64,000 nucleotides of DNA from Octopus vulgaris (GCA_951406725.2 OX597815.1:122140001-122204000), one strand, 5' to 3'. Positions 1 to 13,954 are shown, counted from the first letter of the stretch. The notes: a model not told the origin generated them from the sequence alone. Numbers and translations: made by a program.

Positions 1-354
1 TATCAATAGAGAGTTAGGCTGACTGCTTGGTCTCTACATGCATCTTATGTCAATTCTTTATGAATGAAGCCAGCAATGCCATTCAGTATTTTATTATTGT
101 CATCATCATCATCAATAACAACAACAACCACCCTGGACGTTACTGTCTCAAATCCTTGTAGCACTCATAGGGTCAGTTACCCAGTTTCTATGGCATATAA
201 GTGACTGAGATCTCAGCTTACCCATCAAAGAGGATGTCAGTCCATTACAGAATTACTCACTGGTAGTTGAGTGGACTGGAGGCTCATAAAATGAAGAGTT
301 TTGCTCAAGAACACAATACACTGGCCAATTTAGGAATCAAAGCCACAATTGTAA

Positions 355-511
355 CAGGAGCAGACTGAGCTGTCAGTCGATCGAGCACTGCCTGATGGCC
401 TGGAGCTCTGAGGGCCCACATTCTACATCTTAACTCTACTAAAACACACATTCAAAGAGGCCCAGTAAACAGTTTTGCCCGAGAGCCCTTAATACTTTCA
501 GTCCACCCCTG
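355..511. mobile_element. Small MITE with imperfect CAGG.. terminal inverted repeats (hAT-like), abutting a SINE remnant
   Basis: Termini caggagcagactga ... tcagtccacccctg; no clear TSD. Confidence 0.45.
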
Positions 512-1118
512 TTATCCAATGTTTCTCTTAAAGATGGTGTAGTAGGGATTGAAAAACAAGGTAGACAAATTGAATAAAATTAATATTGTTTCAAACTTTA
601 AATAGTTGTTGACCACCCTAACCCTTTCTATTATAGGAACAAGGCCTAAAAACTATAATATGGATGCAAACACTATTTTGCTTTCTCATTAGTATAAGGG
701 GGAAGGGAAAAAACTCCTGACTGTTTTGAAGGTGGTGTTGGTAGTGGTGGCAGTGTTTGGTAATTATGATAGTGAGTTGATATTCATCAGTTTGAGAACT
801 ACTGATATACGGAAAATCAACTTAGTGGTACCCAAGCATGGAAAGTGATGAATTCAGTTATAAAATTACATAACGTCTTGCTTGCTAAGTGAAATGGACA
901 ATCAAGAGTTAAGTGCCCTGACTATAGCAAACACAGCACAGATGACAAGATATACACACTGTCAACCACTTGAATACTACTTCAACACCTTATTAACTCA
1001 GCCATCAATAATTCTTATACTCTAGTAAAACCTTTTAAGACAAAAGATCTAACTGCAAAACAACACCAGTTGGTTTCCTTTTAAGTTTCAGACAGAGGAG
1101 CTAATATTTGTTCATCTT

Positions 1119-1330
1119 AAGGTGGCGAGCTGGCAGAAACATTAGCACACCGGCCAAAATGCTTTGCAGTATTTTGTCTGTCTTTATGTTCTGAGTTCAA
1201 ATTCCGCCTAGGTTGACTTTGCCTTATTCTTTCAGGGTTGATAAATCAAGTATCAGTTGTGTACTGGCATCAATCTAATCGACTGGCCCCCTCTCCAAAA
1301 TAGGCCTTGTGCCTAGAGTAGGAAAGAATA
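1119..1330 (+). mobile_element. tRNA-derived SINE with Deu/Nin-like central domain (further copies near 1540, 7640, 17268, 17453, 19088, 19790, 32820)
   Basis: Head ggtggcgagctggcagaa, B-box-like gagttcaaattcc, and core gactttgcctt..tcagggttgataaa..aagta(c)cag, recurring many times in the window. Confidence 0.75.
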
Positions 1331-1725
1331 TTTGTCTTTAATTTTCTGTTCCATCTCACCTGAGTGATCATGATAGGAGTTCAAATTAGGTTAGTATAGA
1401 TTTCTGGACTGTAAATAGGCAGGAAAGCTGCGTACTTATGATTTGATGAAGTTTCAAACTGCTACATTATTAAAATATATATTAGTGCTGAAGTTTGATA
1501 GAATCATTACAACATAAGAGAAAAATTTACTTGTATTATTTGTTCTGGCTCCTTAATGTTTTGAGTTCAAAGTTCTCTGAGGTCAACTTTGCCTGTTGAG
1601 AAAATAGACTATCAAGTGAAGCACTGGAGTTGATCGAATTAACTAACTTCTTTCCAAATTTCTGTCCTTATGCCTAAGTTAGAAATTAGTATCAAAGTAT
1701 GCATACACATGCACACACATAATAC

Positions 1726-1773
<48 letters not shown>

Positions 1774-1910
1774 TTCACTAAGGCATAGTGATACTAATAA
1801 TCAGTTGTTAGAACTCCGTATACTTATACTTTAGAGTAAAGTGTTAAGCAAGTATAGAGTGTAATATCAATTAATAAATGACAAAAGAACAGGAGTTATG
1901 CAACAGCTGT

Positions 1911-1999
1911 CATTGGCTTACAGCTATTTCTGCTATAAGAAGCAGTGCACTCAAAGATGAGAGCTTGTGCAGCATCCTGTAGTTTCCTCAGAGCCATTG
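1911..1999 (-). ncRNA. Type I hammerhead ribozyme motif with extended stem II
   Basis: Minus strand: ggct-CTGAGGA-(long imperfect stem II)-GAAA-tagctg-TA-agcc. Stem I ggct/agcc; near-palindromic short stem III; intact core. Confidence 0.55.
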
Positions 2000-2142
2000 A
2001 AATGAAGTTTCTGCTTATTTCAGAAAGCATGGGTGTGTGTGTGCATGTGTGTGTGTTTGTGTGTGTATACATTTATATATATACACACAGATATGTTTGG
2101 GTGTATGTATATATAGATATATAGATATATTTACAAACTTAC

Positions 2143-2284
2143 CATTTAAATGAAGGGCTTGGATGACCAGTGGCAACACAATTGAACATAGCATCTTCAC
2201 CACAAGCAGCAGTACAACATAATGGGGTATCAAGGAAGACTGGAGTCTCATAGTCTGATATTTTAGACAGGCTTCTATTCGATC
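2143..2284 (-). CDS. Multi-Ig gene exon: N-half of Ig domain 5 (gene continues beyond window start)
   Basis: ttttttag|GA ... TG|gtaagt; encodes SNRSLSKISDYETPVFLDTPLCCTAACGEDAMFNCVATGHPSPSFK(W); phase 1 to phase 2. Confidence 0.9.
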
Positions 2285-3487
2285 CTAAAAAAGAGAAACA
2301 GCAATTTAAAATAGGATGTTCTTAATGCTAAGTTCAATATTTATCTTACAATTTATTTTGGGCAAAAATCTAATTGAGTATTTTGTCTAACTTTTGAAAT
2401 TCTTTTGAGTTGACTTTTGAATTCTTTGTTGAGATCACCAAAAGAACCAAGTTACTAAAAAATATGACCTTAAAAATCTAAACTAGGAAACACTGAGGAC
2501 TGAAGCACAAGTTTATGCCTGGTTGTCTTTTCTAAAATCAAAAATTCTATAGTATGCACAAAAATTATGAAAAGTGAGCTAGAAGGAAAAATGAATTAGT
2601 ATTTCAGAAAGAACTCTATATGAGAGAAGAATGAGAAATGGTTATGAAGGAAGTCTTTAAATAGAAAGTGAAGGTAGTAGCATAGCTGGAGGATGAAGTG
2701 CCTGCTCCACCCTAGGCAAGCTTTTATAGGTACAGCACTTTTGAGTACGATGTATAAGCTTGTAAAGACTTGGGTGTTTGGGGATAGAAAGGGAGGGGGA
2801 AAACTCAAGGGCTGTCCCAAGTGGCACACACTCTATCTATGCTACAAAGTGAAGAGACAAAAAGGAGAAGAATATCAGATTGTAGAAGAAAGAGCTGATG
2901 TGTGTACAGGCTGATATACAGTAGGGTTTACTAGTATAAAAATTGAAATAAAAAGGTTATATATAATTGAGTAAAATTAGATGGTCTCCTCTCATTGAAA
3001 CTTTTAATATATCTAAAGTGTGGAGTATGAGTTTAAAGTTTTTAGGCAGAAGCCAGATCATTTACATAGGCCTTCAGTACTTGAAAAAGCATTGTTTAAT
3101 ATATGAACCAGACCAGGTGTTCCGAAATGAATTGTTACATAACAAGCACATAACTGCATCAAGTGAAATTGTGCTTGATTCTTAGAGTAAATCCTCTGCA
3201 ATTGCAAATATTCATCAAGATTTTGCTAATTAGCTTCTGTAGTCAGTTAGGTGAGACATTAACAGTTCTTTTGATCAAGTGATCAATAACCACTTCATTA
3301 TATAGGTTAATACCCAAGATGAAGAATACACTTCTCCTTTGAGAAGTGTGTAAACATGTAGCATGCAAAATTCTTAGTAAATATTACTGTAAAGCACTTT
3401 GTAAAAATAAGAACACCTCTTCCGTCTTTTGATATCAGACTCACAAAGTGAAAAGACAAAAAGAGATTTACATTTCTAAACACTTAC

Positions 3488-3611
3488 CTTGTAGACTAAT
3501 TGTAGAACTGCAACTAACAGTACCATGGCTGTTTGATGCTTCACACACATATTGCCCTTCATCTTTAGATGATACACAAGGAATATCAAGGGTTAACAAC
3601 CCTGAGCTGTT
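3488..3611 (-). CDS. Multi-Ig gene exon: C-part of Ig domain 4
   Basis: ctttgcag|AAC ... G|gtaagt; encodes NSSGLLTLDIPCVSSKDEGQYVCEASNSHGTVSCSSTISLQ; phase 0 to phase 1. Confidence 0.92.
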
Positions 3612-3942
3612 CTGCAAAGGCAATAAAGGAAAATAATTAAGCAGATATAAATGATTTACATGATTTAAAACATATCATTTAGACTTCAGCCCCATAAATC
3701 CAAAGCATACTGCATATTTATATATACATATATACATATATACATACATACATGCATACATACATACATACATACATACATACATACATACATACATACA
3801 TACGTACATACGTGTGTGTGTGTGTGTGTGTAAAAATTATAATATAAATTAACCATTATGGTATTTTTAGTATGCTGTCCACTGATAAATTCATTAAATA
3901 ATGATTTTTTCCTAATTATGTATAAATATATATATATATATG

Positions 3943-3988
<46 letters not shown>

Positions 3989-4054
3989 TATATACATACA
4001 TATATGTACATACATATATATGTATATATATATATATGCATATATGGCTGCAGT

Positions 4055-4135
4055 ACGTCACAAAGTGTAAACAACAGGAAATACAAAGATACCCAAGTTT
4101 GCCTCGTATTTCATGTTGTCTACATTTTGTGACGT
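4055..4135. repeat. Short fold-back (MITE-like) within (TA)n
   Basis: acgtcacaaagtgtaaacaacaggaaatac ... gtatttcatgttgtctacattttgtgacgt; the flanking gtcctgtacc terminus recurs at about 13731. Confidence 0.55.
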
Positions 4136-4203
4136 CCTGTACCTATATATATATAATTTATATTATCATATGATTGAATGCCACACATCCATTTCGAAGT
4201 AAG

Positions 4204-4357
<154 letters not shown>

Positions 4358-4425
4358 CAATAACAGACAACAAGAAGACGTGCACAAGGAATGTATTAGT
4401 TTGATGTTTAACTAAAGGAGAGAGT

Positions 4426-4459
4426 TTTTGACATTTCGAGCATAGCTCTTTGTCAGAAA
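4426..4459 (-). ncRNA. Degenerate minimal hammerhead motif (Penelope-type)
   Basis: Minus strand: ttt-CTGACAA-agagc tat gctc-GAAA-tg-TC-aaa; two CpG-type transitions away from CTGACGA...GAAACGTC. Confidence 0.45.
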
Positions 4460-4868
4460 GGAGAAAGGGAGAAGTCCAAAGAAAGAAAAGGAATTGCCAA
4501 TAGCTTATGTGTAGTTACACTCCTGAAGAGTGTCTGTATGTGTGTGTGTGTGTGTATACACTCATACAATTGTAGATTCATATATGCATATTTATGCATA
4601 TATATGTCTGTATGTGTCTGTATGCATGTATGTATGCAGATATGTATGTATGTATGTATGTAGGTATGTATGTATGCATGTATGTATAGATGTATGTATA
4701 GATGTATGTATGCATATATGCATGTATGTATATATATGCATGTGCATATATATGCTAAACTGTAAAAAGATAGCTGCTACTTATGCATTACCTTAGCCAT
4801 ATTTCTCAAAATTAAATGTGTGATAATTAAATTTTACAGAATTTTATCTATATTTAAAATAAAGTTAC

Positions 4869-5122
4869 CTTGATGACATAAGTCAGTCCATTGTGGATTT
4901 TCTCCCCATTTTTATACCATTGTATAGTGGGGTCAGGAACCCCTGACACTGAGCATGAAAGCCGAATTGGATTATCAACCTGAGCAAGTTTGTTCTTCAG
5001 CTTGGTTGTGAATTCTGGCATGCAGGTGTATTTAGGTTGCTCTTCTTCATCATCTTCAGGAGGTTGGCTGTGTTCTTTAGACAATGGATTTCTCTCCAAT
5101 AGAGATAGTGGTTTCTCTTGTG
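4869..5122 (-). CDS. Multi-Ig gene exon: acidic linker plus N-part of Ig domain 4
   Basis: cattgtag|CA ... AAG|gtaact; encodes QEKPLSLLERNPLSKEHSQPPEDDEEEQPKYTCMPEFTTKLKNKLAQVDNPIRLSCSVSGVPDPTIQWYKNGEKIHNGLTYVIK; phase 1 to phase 0. Confidence 0.92.
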
Positions 5123-5789
5123 CTACAATGAGGTAAATTACACATTTAATTTTTTTTAAAATTAGGATAATGAAATGGACTTGAAAAAGTGGCTGGTGTA
5201 AAAGGAAAAGCTGGTGGTAGTGGTGGTAATGGTGAAAAAATTATTGGTGAAGGTATATAAGAAGAGAGAGTGGCAGAAAGAATGAGTAGAAAAGGCAGAG
5301 GTAGAAAAGGAAGGTAGAAGTAAATAGAAGAAAAAGATAAGTTTCATTTTCTGAATTTCTAATTAATATTCGAAAGAAGAAATATTTAATTTGCATAACT
5401 CACTGTATTTGATGGTATGTAGGATGCTTTCAAAAATGTATCTTGAAAAATCCCCCATTGTCCTGTATGGGAATTCCATTAGGTTTATATATTAAAAACT
5501 TAATTTTTCGGAATATGCACTGCTGAAGTTGGGGAATACAGAGTGTTCATAAATTATCTTTATAACTTCCACAAGCGTTGTCTTGATGTGTTGCATGCAA
5601 GTGTTCTAATGTTTCTAATAAAACTTTATTTGTTTGCTTATGTTCTTCAATAAACTCAGCTAAATTATCCTTATTTTTTATTATTTATTTTTAATTTTTC
5701 AAATTGTAAAGGTAATTTATAGACAACCGGTATATGAAAGTAAAGATGTGAGTTCACTGTTTCAATTGATATAAAAGCATAAAACTTAC

Positions 5790-5965
5790 TTTCAACAGAA
5801 AGTTTTGCTTCTGAAGATGATGACCCAGCTTGGTTGATAGCTTGGCACATATAGAAGCCAATATCCTCTCGAATAACTTCATTGATGAACAAGGAAAAGA
5901 TCTCACTTGATTCTTCAGATATTTTGTAGACATTATCATCTTTAATTGGTTGTCTGTTTTTGAAC
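5790..5965 (-). CDS. Multi-Ig gene exon: C-half of Ig domain 3
   Basis: atttag|G ... A|gtaagt; encodes (W)FKNRQPIKDDNVYKISEESSEIFSLFINEVIREDIGFYMCQAINQAGSSSSEAKLSVE; phase 2 to phase 1. Confidence 0.92.
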
Positions 5966-7886
5966 CTAAATTAAACAGAAAAATCAGATTGTTACAGATG
6001 ATTAAATAAGAATCATTTATGCTAGTATAACCTGTGTTAAAGCAAGAATACACTGGGCAGGTGCCCAGGGGCCTCCAGAGGCCCAAGGGCCAATGCTAAT
6101 CTATGTTTGCTATGGTTTTCCCAGTGTGCCTCAGATATTTCAAACAAACCATTTTGGTTTGTTCAGGATTCATTATGTTGCTGAGAAGGCCTTTAACATA
6201 CATGTACACTTGTATATTATAAGGGGATAAAATGAAATTGTGAAGCTCATGCTTTTTCTTTCTTCTATCTTTTACTTCTTTCAGTCATTGGATTATGGCC
6301 ATGCTAAGGAACTGTGTTGAGGGGTTCAGTCAAATAAATTAGACCCAGTACTTATTTTTTAAGTCTGGTAGTTTTTCTATTGATCCCTTTTCCCAAACCA
6401 CTAAGTTATGAGTACATAAACAAATCAACACCCATTGTCAAACAGCGGTGGTGGACAAACACAATACAAAACACAAAGACAAATACATACAATAGGTATA
6501 TATGGGCCTCACGGAGGCAATGACTAGTGACCAAGACCTTCAGCAATGTGCCATGCTTGAGAAGACCCATCAAGCCAAGTGAAATTGTACTCATAGCTGA
6601 TGCTGGTGTCACATAGCTGGCACCCATGCCTGTGGCATGTAGAAAGCACCATTCAAGCATTGAGCCTCATGGAGGCAAAATGGCCAATACCAGTGTCAGG
6701 TAATAGGTACCCGTGCTGGTGGCATGTAAAAACCACCATTCAAGCGCTGGGCCTGACAGAGGCAATGTGACCAATGCCAGTGTCACATAACTGGCACATA
6801 AAAGCACCCATTACACTCTTGCAGTGATTGGCATTAGGGAGGGCATCCAGCCATAGAAATTATGCCTAATCAAACTGGATTCTGGTGTAGCCCCTCAGCT
6901 TACTGGCCCTGGTCAAATTGTCCAACTCATGCCAGCATGGACAATAGACGTTAAATGACGATGATGATATATATATATATATATACTGTTGTATCTGGGG
7001 AGAGTCATTTTCTTTTTGTGCCATATAATTTAACACACTCACTGGTAAAATTTCCACTTATTTCTTTTTGTGTCTTGCAACCTTTTCAATAGTCTTGACT
7101 CTGTCCGTTATTTACACTGCATTCCTTTTTGTTTGTGTGCATGTGTGTGGGTCAGTGTGTGTGTGCCTATGCTTGCATGTACGTATGTATGTATGTGTGT
7201 GCATCTGTGTGTATGTATTCTGCATATTCATGTGCTTGCATGTCCATGTTTGTGTACTTTCTATGTATGTGTGTGTGTGTGTGTGTTTGTATATGTATGC
7301 ACCTCTTTCTTCTTGTGTGTGTGTGTTTTGCACACAAGCTTCTTTACAGTTTCTGTTAACTAAATTCACTCACAAAGTATTGATCCGCCTGGGGCTATAG
7401 TAGAAAACACTTCGCTATGGTGATACGCAGTGGGACTGAACCCAAAATCATGTGGTTACAAAGTAAACTTCTTAATCACATAGTTATGCTTGTGCCCAAC
7501 CATGCCTTTCTCCAGGCATTAATAATGTAAGTGACTGCTAATTCAAGTTTCCAAGAACCTTACTATACATTAAGCTACAGTCATAGGCAAATAAACAATG
7601 TAGAATATTTGTTTCCTTTTGGTTTCACTCCTTCAGAATTTCAAATTTTGGCACAAGGCCAGCAACTTTGGGTGTGAGGGGAGGGGTAAGTTGATTATAT
7701 CAACCCCCTTGCTCAACTGGCACTTATTTTATCAAAAAATGAAATGCAAAGTCAACCCAGGCAGAATTTGAAATCATAATGTAGTGACAGATGAAATACT
7801 GCTAAGTATTTTGCCCAGCATGCTAGTCTTTCAGATAATATTAACACAATTGACAATTTAACTATAAGAATATATCCATTACTTAC

Positions 7887-8013
7887 CATATAATCTTGCC
7901 TTCAGGGTGAGCACTTATTTTGCATCTAAATTTCACACTTGCTCCTTCAGAAACAACAATATTATGAAGTCCTTGAAGAAATTTCGGTGCTCGGTACCTC
8001 TCGAGTGTATAGT
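7887..8013 (-). CDS. Multi-Ig gene exon: N-half of Ig domain 3
   Basis: ttattcag|AC ... TG|gtaagt; encodes YTLERYRAPKFLQGLHNIVVSEGASVKFRCKISAHPEGKII(W); phase 1 to phase 2. Confidence 0.9.
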
Positions 8014-8522
8014 CTGAATAAGAACAAAAGGAAACATTTGTATTACTCTAGATTGTATTTAATGTTAATTATCCTGATTTCTAAGTTCATAATATTTACA
8101 GCTTTTTTTTTTTACCATGAACATGATAATTATCATTGATTTGTGAAATAGATATTACATACAAAGTCAATATTGTTTTGTGAAGCAGTTATCGCATAGA
8201 AAGATAATGTTGGTTTGTCAAATAGTTATCTCATAGAAAGACAATGTTGTTTTGTGAAACACTTATAATGTACAAAGATAATATTGTTTGGTGAAATAGT
8301 TATTGCATTCACATTTCCATGCTTGCATGGGTTGGATGGAGTTTATTGAGACAGATTTTGTATGGCCAGATGCCTGTCCCATCACCAACCCTCACATGTT
8401 TCCAGACATGCTAATGTTTTCCAGAATATTGGAAATGAACGATATACATTTACAACAATCATGTGATGTCAGGACAAGGAGAGTCAAACATACACCCACT
8501 CACACACACACACACATATATA

Positions 8523-8582
<60 letters not shown>

Positions 8583-8768
8583 GCTTCTTTTAGTTTCCAT
8601 CTACCAAATCCACTCACAAGGATTTAATTACCCTGTGATTACAGTAGAAACATTTACCCAAAGAACCATGCAATGGCACTGAATTTAAAACCATGCAGTT
8701 GAGAAGCAAAAGCTTTACTAAATTACTAAAAATATCAGAAACAAAACATATTGAAACACTAGACTTAC

Positions 8769-8972
8769 TGTAGACAGTCAGTTCACAAGCAGTTTGGGCC
8801 TGGCCATAGTAATTAATGGCTAAACACCGCCAACATCCAGCATCATTAGGATTTAGATCAGAAATACTCAGATAGTATACATCATGTTCTTTACTTATTG
8901 AATACTTAGACGAAGGCTGGATGATATCCTCATTGTGACTCCAGGTAACTTCAACATCTGATTGACTGCGAA
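8769..8972 (-). CDS. Multi-Ig gene exon: C-part of Ig domain 2
   Basis: atttccag|TT ... A|gtaagt; encodes RSQSDVEVTWSHNEDIIQPSSKYSISKEHDVYYLSISDLNPNDAGCWRCLAINYYGQAQTACELTVY; phase 1 to phase 1. Confidence 0.9.
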
Positions 8973-9695
8973 CTGGAAATAGAAAACATATTGTGTTATT
9001 AAGGATTTAACAATACACTTTATGAAATAGATCATATATACATGCATGCATGCATGCATACATACATACATACATACATACATACATACATACATACATA
9101 CATACATACATACATACAAAAATACCCTGTTGTTGATGTTGAAATTCCAATGAAGGAACCTTGGATCTTGGTTAGAAACTGGTTCTTTCTCTATTGCAAG
9201 AAATCTTGAAATAAACTGAATAATGACATACATGCATACATACATACATACATACATACATACATACATACATACATACATACATACATACATACATACA
9301 TACATACATACATACATACATACATACATACATACATACATACATACATACATACATACATACATACATACATACATACATACACACTCATATATAATAT
9401 AAATATGTACACAAATTGTTTTATATCTATACCTATGAAGTACAGAAATTAATACATGAATGTATATACAAATAGCTGATAATAGTCTGTGTATTATCTG
9501 GTAAAAGTAAAAGTGAAATTGCCATGGAGACATTCCACTCACTATGGCAATTTCATTGAAGTCTTTTTGTCCCTTTTATCCTCATATTTACATGTGTGTG
9601 TATGTGTGTGCATGTACATGTGTGTGTGTGTGTGTGTAAATGGTTTTAATTATTTGTTTGCAAGTAGTAAATAATTAACAAGTAATAAATAATTA

Positions 9696-9992
9696 ATAAC
9701 ACAGGTCGATGGATTATACTTTAACCTGATATTTCAATATTTCATGGTTAGGATCCATTCTTCAGGATATCTACGAAGGAAAGGTGTTGTTGACTAACTT
9801 TCCTGCTCTGTAGAGTGTGCATGTGTATAAGGAGGGTTATTTTGCACGGCTATAGCAATGCAAAACATCTTTTTATACACAGTACAGAGTAGAGAAGTCA
9901 GCCAACAACACTTTTTCTCTATAGACATCACGAAGAATGGATCCTAACTCTGAAAACTTAAAACACTAGATAAAACCATCGACCTGTATTAT
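9696..9992. repeat. Imperfect fold-back of about 300 bp with a hammerhead-like motif in each arm
   Basis: acaggtcgatgg...ccatcgacctgt and ttaggatccattcttc...gaagaatggatcctaa. Minus strand 9765-9728 reads CTGAAGA-atgg atcctaa ccat-GAAA-tatt ga aata-TC. Confidence 0.7.
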
Positions 9993-10863
9993 CTTTATAA
10001 CTAACATTGTTTTGACTGTAAGTAAAAAAAAATTTATATTTTTGAGACAACTTTGTCATGGAAACTATACTACTCTAATATACATGTGTGTAAGTGTTGA
10101 ATGTGTGTGTGTTAGTTTCTGTGCTTCATAGGTCATCGTATAGGTATAAAATAATCTATGTTTGAAATTTGATATTCATATTTGTAATAATAAGCAGGTG
10201 TAGGCATAAAGAACTAATGGAACTAATGTTTCACACAAAAAACAAATGTGCTAATACAATACTTCTTGTCAATTAATTCACAGACAGTATTTGTTTTTTA
10301 CTCTTTTGATACTGCTTGATTAAATAGTACTGCTCAGGTGTTGAAACAATAATGATATCTATCAGGCAGCTGAAGATGAACGATCTTGTAGACTGTGAAC
10401 TTTTTGTATCTTGTGCTCCTATTGTTTTAAGTTGTCCGTTTTTGAAATTCTAGTTCTCATAAGGAGTTCTTGGTTTGTATTAGTTTTGTTGTATATATTA
10501 TATCAAACATTTATATTGCATAATTGTGATTCATAGAGATTCTGATTCTTTATGTAATATTTGTTTAAGGCTTTATGAGGGGTTTTTTTTTGCATATATA
10601 TATACATAAAGAATATGAGGTGCTTAGTTCACTGGTGATCTAAACGAATAGGCACACTGTGTAAGTGTTATAATTGGTCATCCATTAGGTTCTAAGTTTG
10701 CAGCTGAAGCTGGAGCTAGGGATCTGTATTAGGCTTTTGAGTTCTAAATGACTTGAGGTACTCATCCTGCCTTGGTTTTTGCTGTCCTTTTCCCTCAAAT
10801 ATATATATATATATATCATCGTCATCATCATCGTTTAACATCTGCTTTCCATGCTAGCATGGG

Positions 10864-10904
<41 letters not shown>

Positions 10905-11023
10905 AGGGAAGAAATGGAGCTGAACGAAGATTCTACAGAATTCCTTTTATTATTTTCTACACATGTTTCAAAGGCCGCAAATTTTGAATAATCCGTAACA
11001 AGAAAATTCATTTATCCATTTCA

Positions 11024-11500
<477 letters not shown>

Positions 11501-11988
11501 CTCCTATATATAATAATTTGAGGGAATATTATTCCTAACTTACAGGGAAAAATTCAATTTAGAAATAAAAAAAATCAAATTTCACAAAATATAATATATA
11601 TATAAATTAGAAAAAAAACACCTTTTATCAATTCAAAATGAAAAATTAAATTACACCATCTAGAAAATTACATATAATAGAAATATTAAATTGTGCTTCA
11701 CACAACAAATGATGAATGATGGCATGTGCATTGATTACCAAGTGGAAATCAGATAACTTCATACCTATGGCTTGCCAGGAAGCTTTGAGTATTGTATGCG
11801 ACTATTCCATATTTGTATAATATCAAATATAATGAGGTATCCTGTTTTAGTTGTTATATCCAGGTGAATCCATATAGCCGTGTGTGTGTGTGCATGCATG
11901 CACACATGTGTGTCTGTGCACACACATGCGCATGTGTGTGTAGGTATGTATGCATAGATATATATGTGCAGGTATGTATGTCTATATA

Positions 11989-12034
<46 letters not shown>

Positions 12035-12224
12035 CAGATTGATAGATACATACATACAGACAGAAAGTAAAACAAAAGACAACATGAGAGAATGTTTATA
12101 AAATAGTCACTCACACAATCTTACGTATGTTTCATTAACTAAGAAAGATTATTAGTAATGTAAAGTAAATTATACAATCAGAAAGCATTGTCAAATCTTC
12201 AGAGATTTTATATGTAACATTATA

Positions 12225-12258
<34 letters not shown>

Positions 12259-12269
12259 CTTAGATAAAC

Positions 12270-13300
12270 TTAGATATGTTTCGACCAAAGATTGGTCCAG
12301 GCCATGTCTAACTTGATAGCACCACCCGATAGGATTATCTAAATCCTTTTTAAGTCAAGTTTTATGGTATTATGGTCCATTCAAATAGTGAGTACTTCTT
12401 GAGTGAGTTGTATCTAGGTATAGGTGGCTTATCTGGTATTCCTTGAAGAAATTTGTCCAGACTCCATTTAAAGGTGATGGGATCCTTTCCCTCTTTGATC
12501 AGTTTTGGGACAATGTTAAACAGAGCAGAGCCTGTTGAGGAAAAGAAATTGTATCACAGTGTACCTATATGCTGTGATCCTGAATTAGCAGTGGATGTAT
12601 GGCCCATGGTCCCAGCCTTGGATGAATCCTGAAGCTAATGTTTAGGTCATTTGGGCAATGCTGGCAGTATATTCTCCACAATGTGCGACTGATGTACTGT
12701 CACAGCAGCACTGGAGAGAGTAGAGTTTCAAGGCTTTAAGGCGGTCCCAGCAATCGAGATCAGTCATGTCCTTAATTAGTTTAGTGAATGCCCTCTGGGG
12801 TGATTCAATTTTCAAAATGTTTTGTTCTGTATGGGGAGACCACAGGGGACAGCAGTATTTGAGGTGTTGCCATACAAAGGAGGAGAAAAGTGGAATGATA
12901 ACAGCTCTTTCTCTGGACCAGAAGTTTCTTAATATCCAGGAGCGCATCCTACAAGCTATATCGACCTTATTGTTGATGTGAGCACTCCAACTGAGATTGT
13001 TGTCAACAATTACTCCTGGATCTCTGATATTATTCGATGTTGTTAGTGGTTCCCCTGAAGAAAGAGAGTATGGCTGTTTTAGTATAGTCTTTCTTCCAAA
13101 ATGCATCAGCTCAAATTTTCCCTCATTTAGTTGCATTTTGGTTTTGTCTGCCCATTGACTCACCACATGTAGATCAGATTGGAGTTGAGTTTGGTCTTCT
13201 TCTTCATTGATGATTTATTGGGAGCTTAGTGTCATCAGAAAATATTTTCACTTTGCAGTGTTTTACGACGCTGGAAAGGTCTTTTATGTAGATTATAAAG
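12270..13300 (-). mobile_element. CR1/L2-clade LINE 3' fragment (RT C-terminus), degraded
   Basis: ORF 12642-13166: QLNEGKFELMHFG..RDPGVIVDNNLSWSAHI..LKYCCPLWSP..ESPQRAFTK..WDRLKALKLYSLQ. Confidence 0.85.
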
Positions 13301-13849
13301 AGCAGGCCCAAGGCAGTCCTCTTTTATTCTTTTATTTGTTTCATTTGACTGTGGCCATGCTGGAGTATATATGTATGTATGTATGTATGTATGCATGTAT
13401 ATATATATATATATATATATACATATTAGGTGAGTAGATTTAATAGATTAAATATTGAGTTAGTTACTTCTCACTAACTTCATTGATTCCATTACTGTCA
13501 AACAGTGGATAAAACAATTTACTTTGACAAAGCTTCTATGTGGTCACCTACTCTATTAGAAATAGCAGCCTAATCTTCATCACATCACACTCAACCATTT
13601 TAAAAACATGATGGAAACATTAGATTGTGTTGTGTCTTGTACTCTGTTTTTTCGTTGTTTGAAAAAAGTTTGTTTCCATGTTTTTGTTTTTATGTTTTCG
13701 TTTCCCATTGTGTTCAACGTTTTTTTTTATGTCCTGTACCCATATATCCATGTAGATATACATATAGATGTAGGTATGTACATATATGTATGTATATATG
13801 CATATATTTATATTATTATATGATCGAATGCCACGCATCCTTTTCCAAG

Positions 13850-13954
<105 letters not shown>

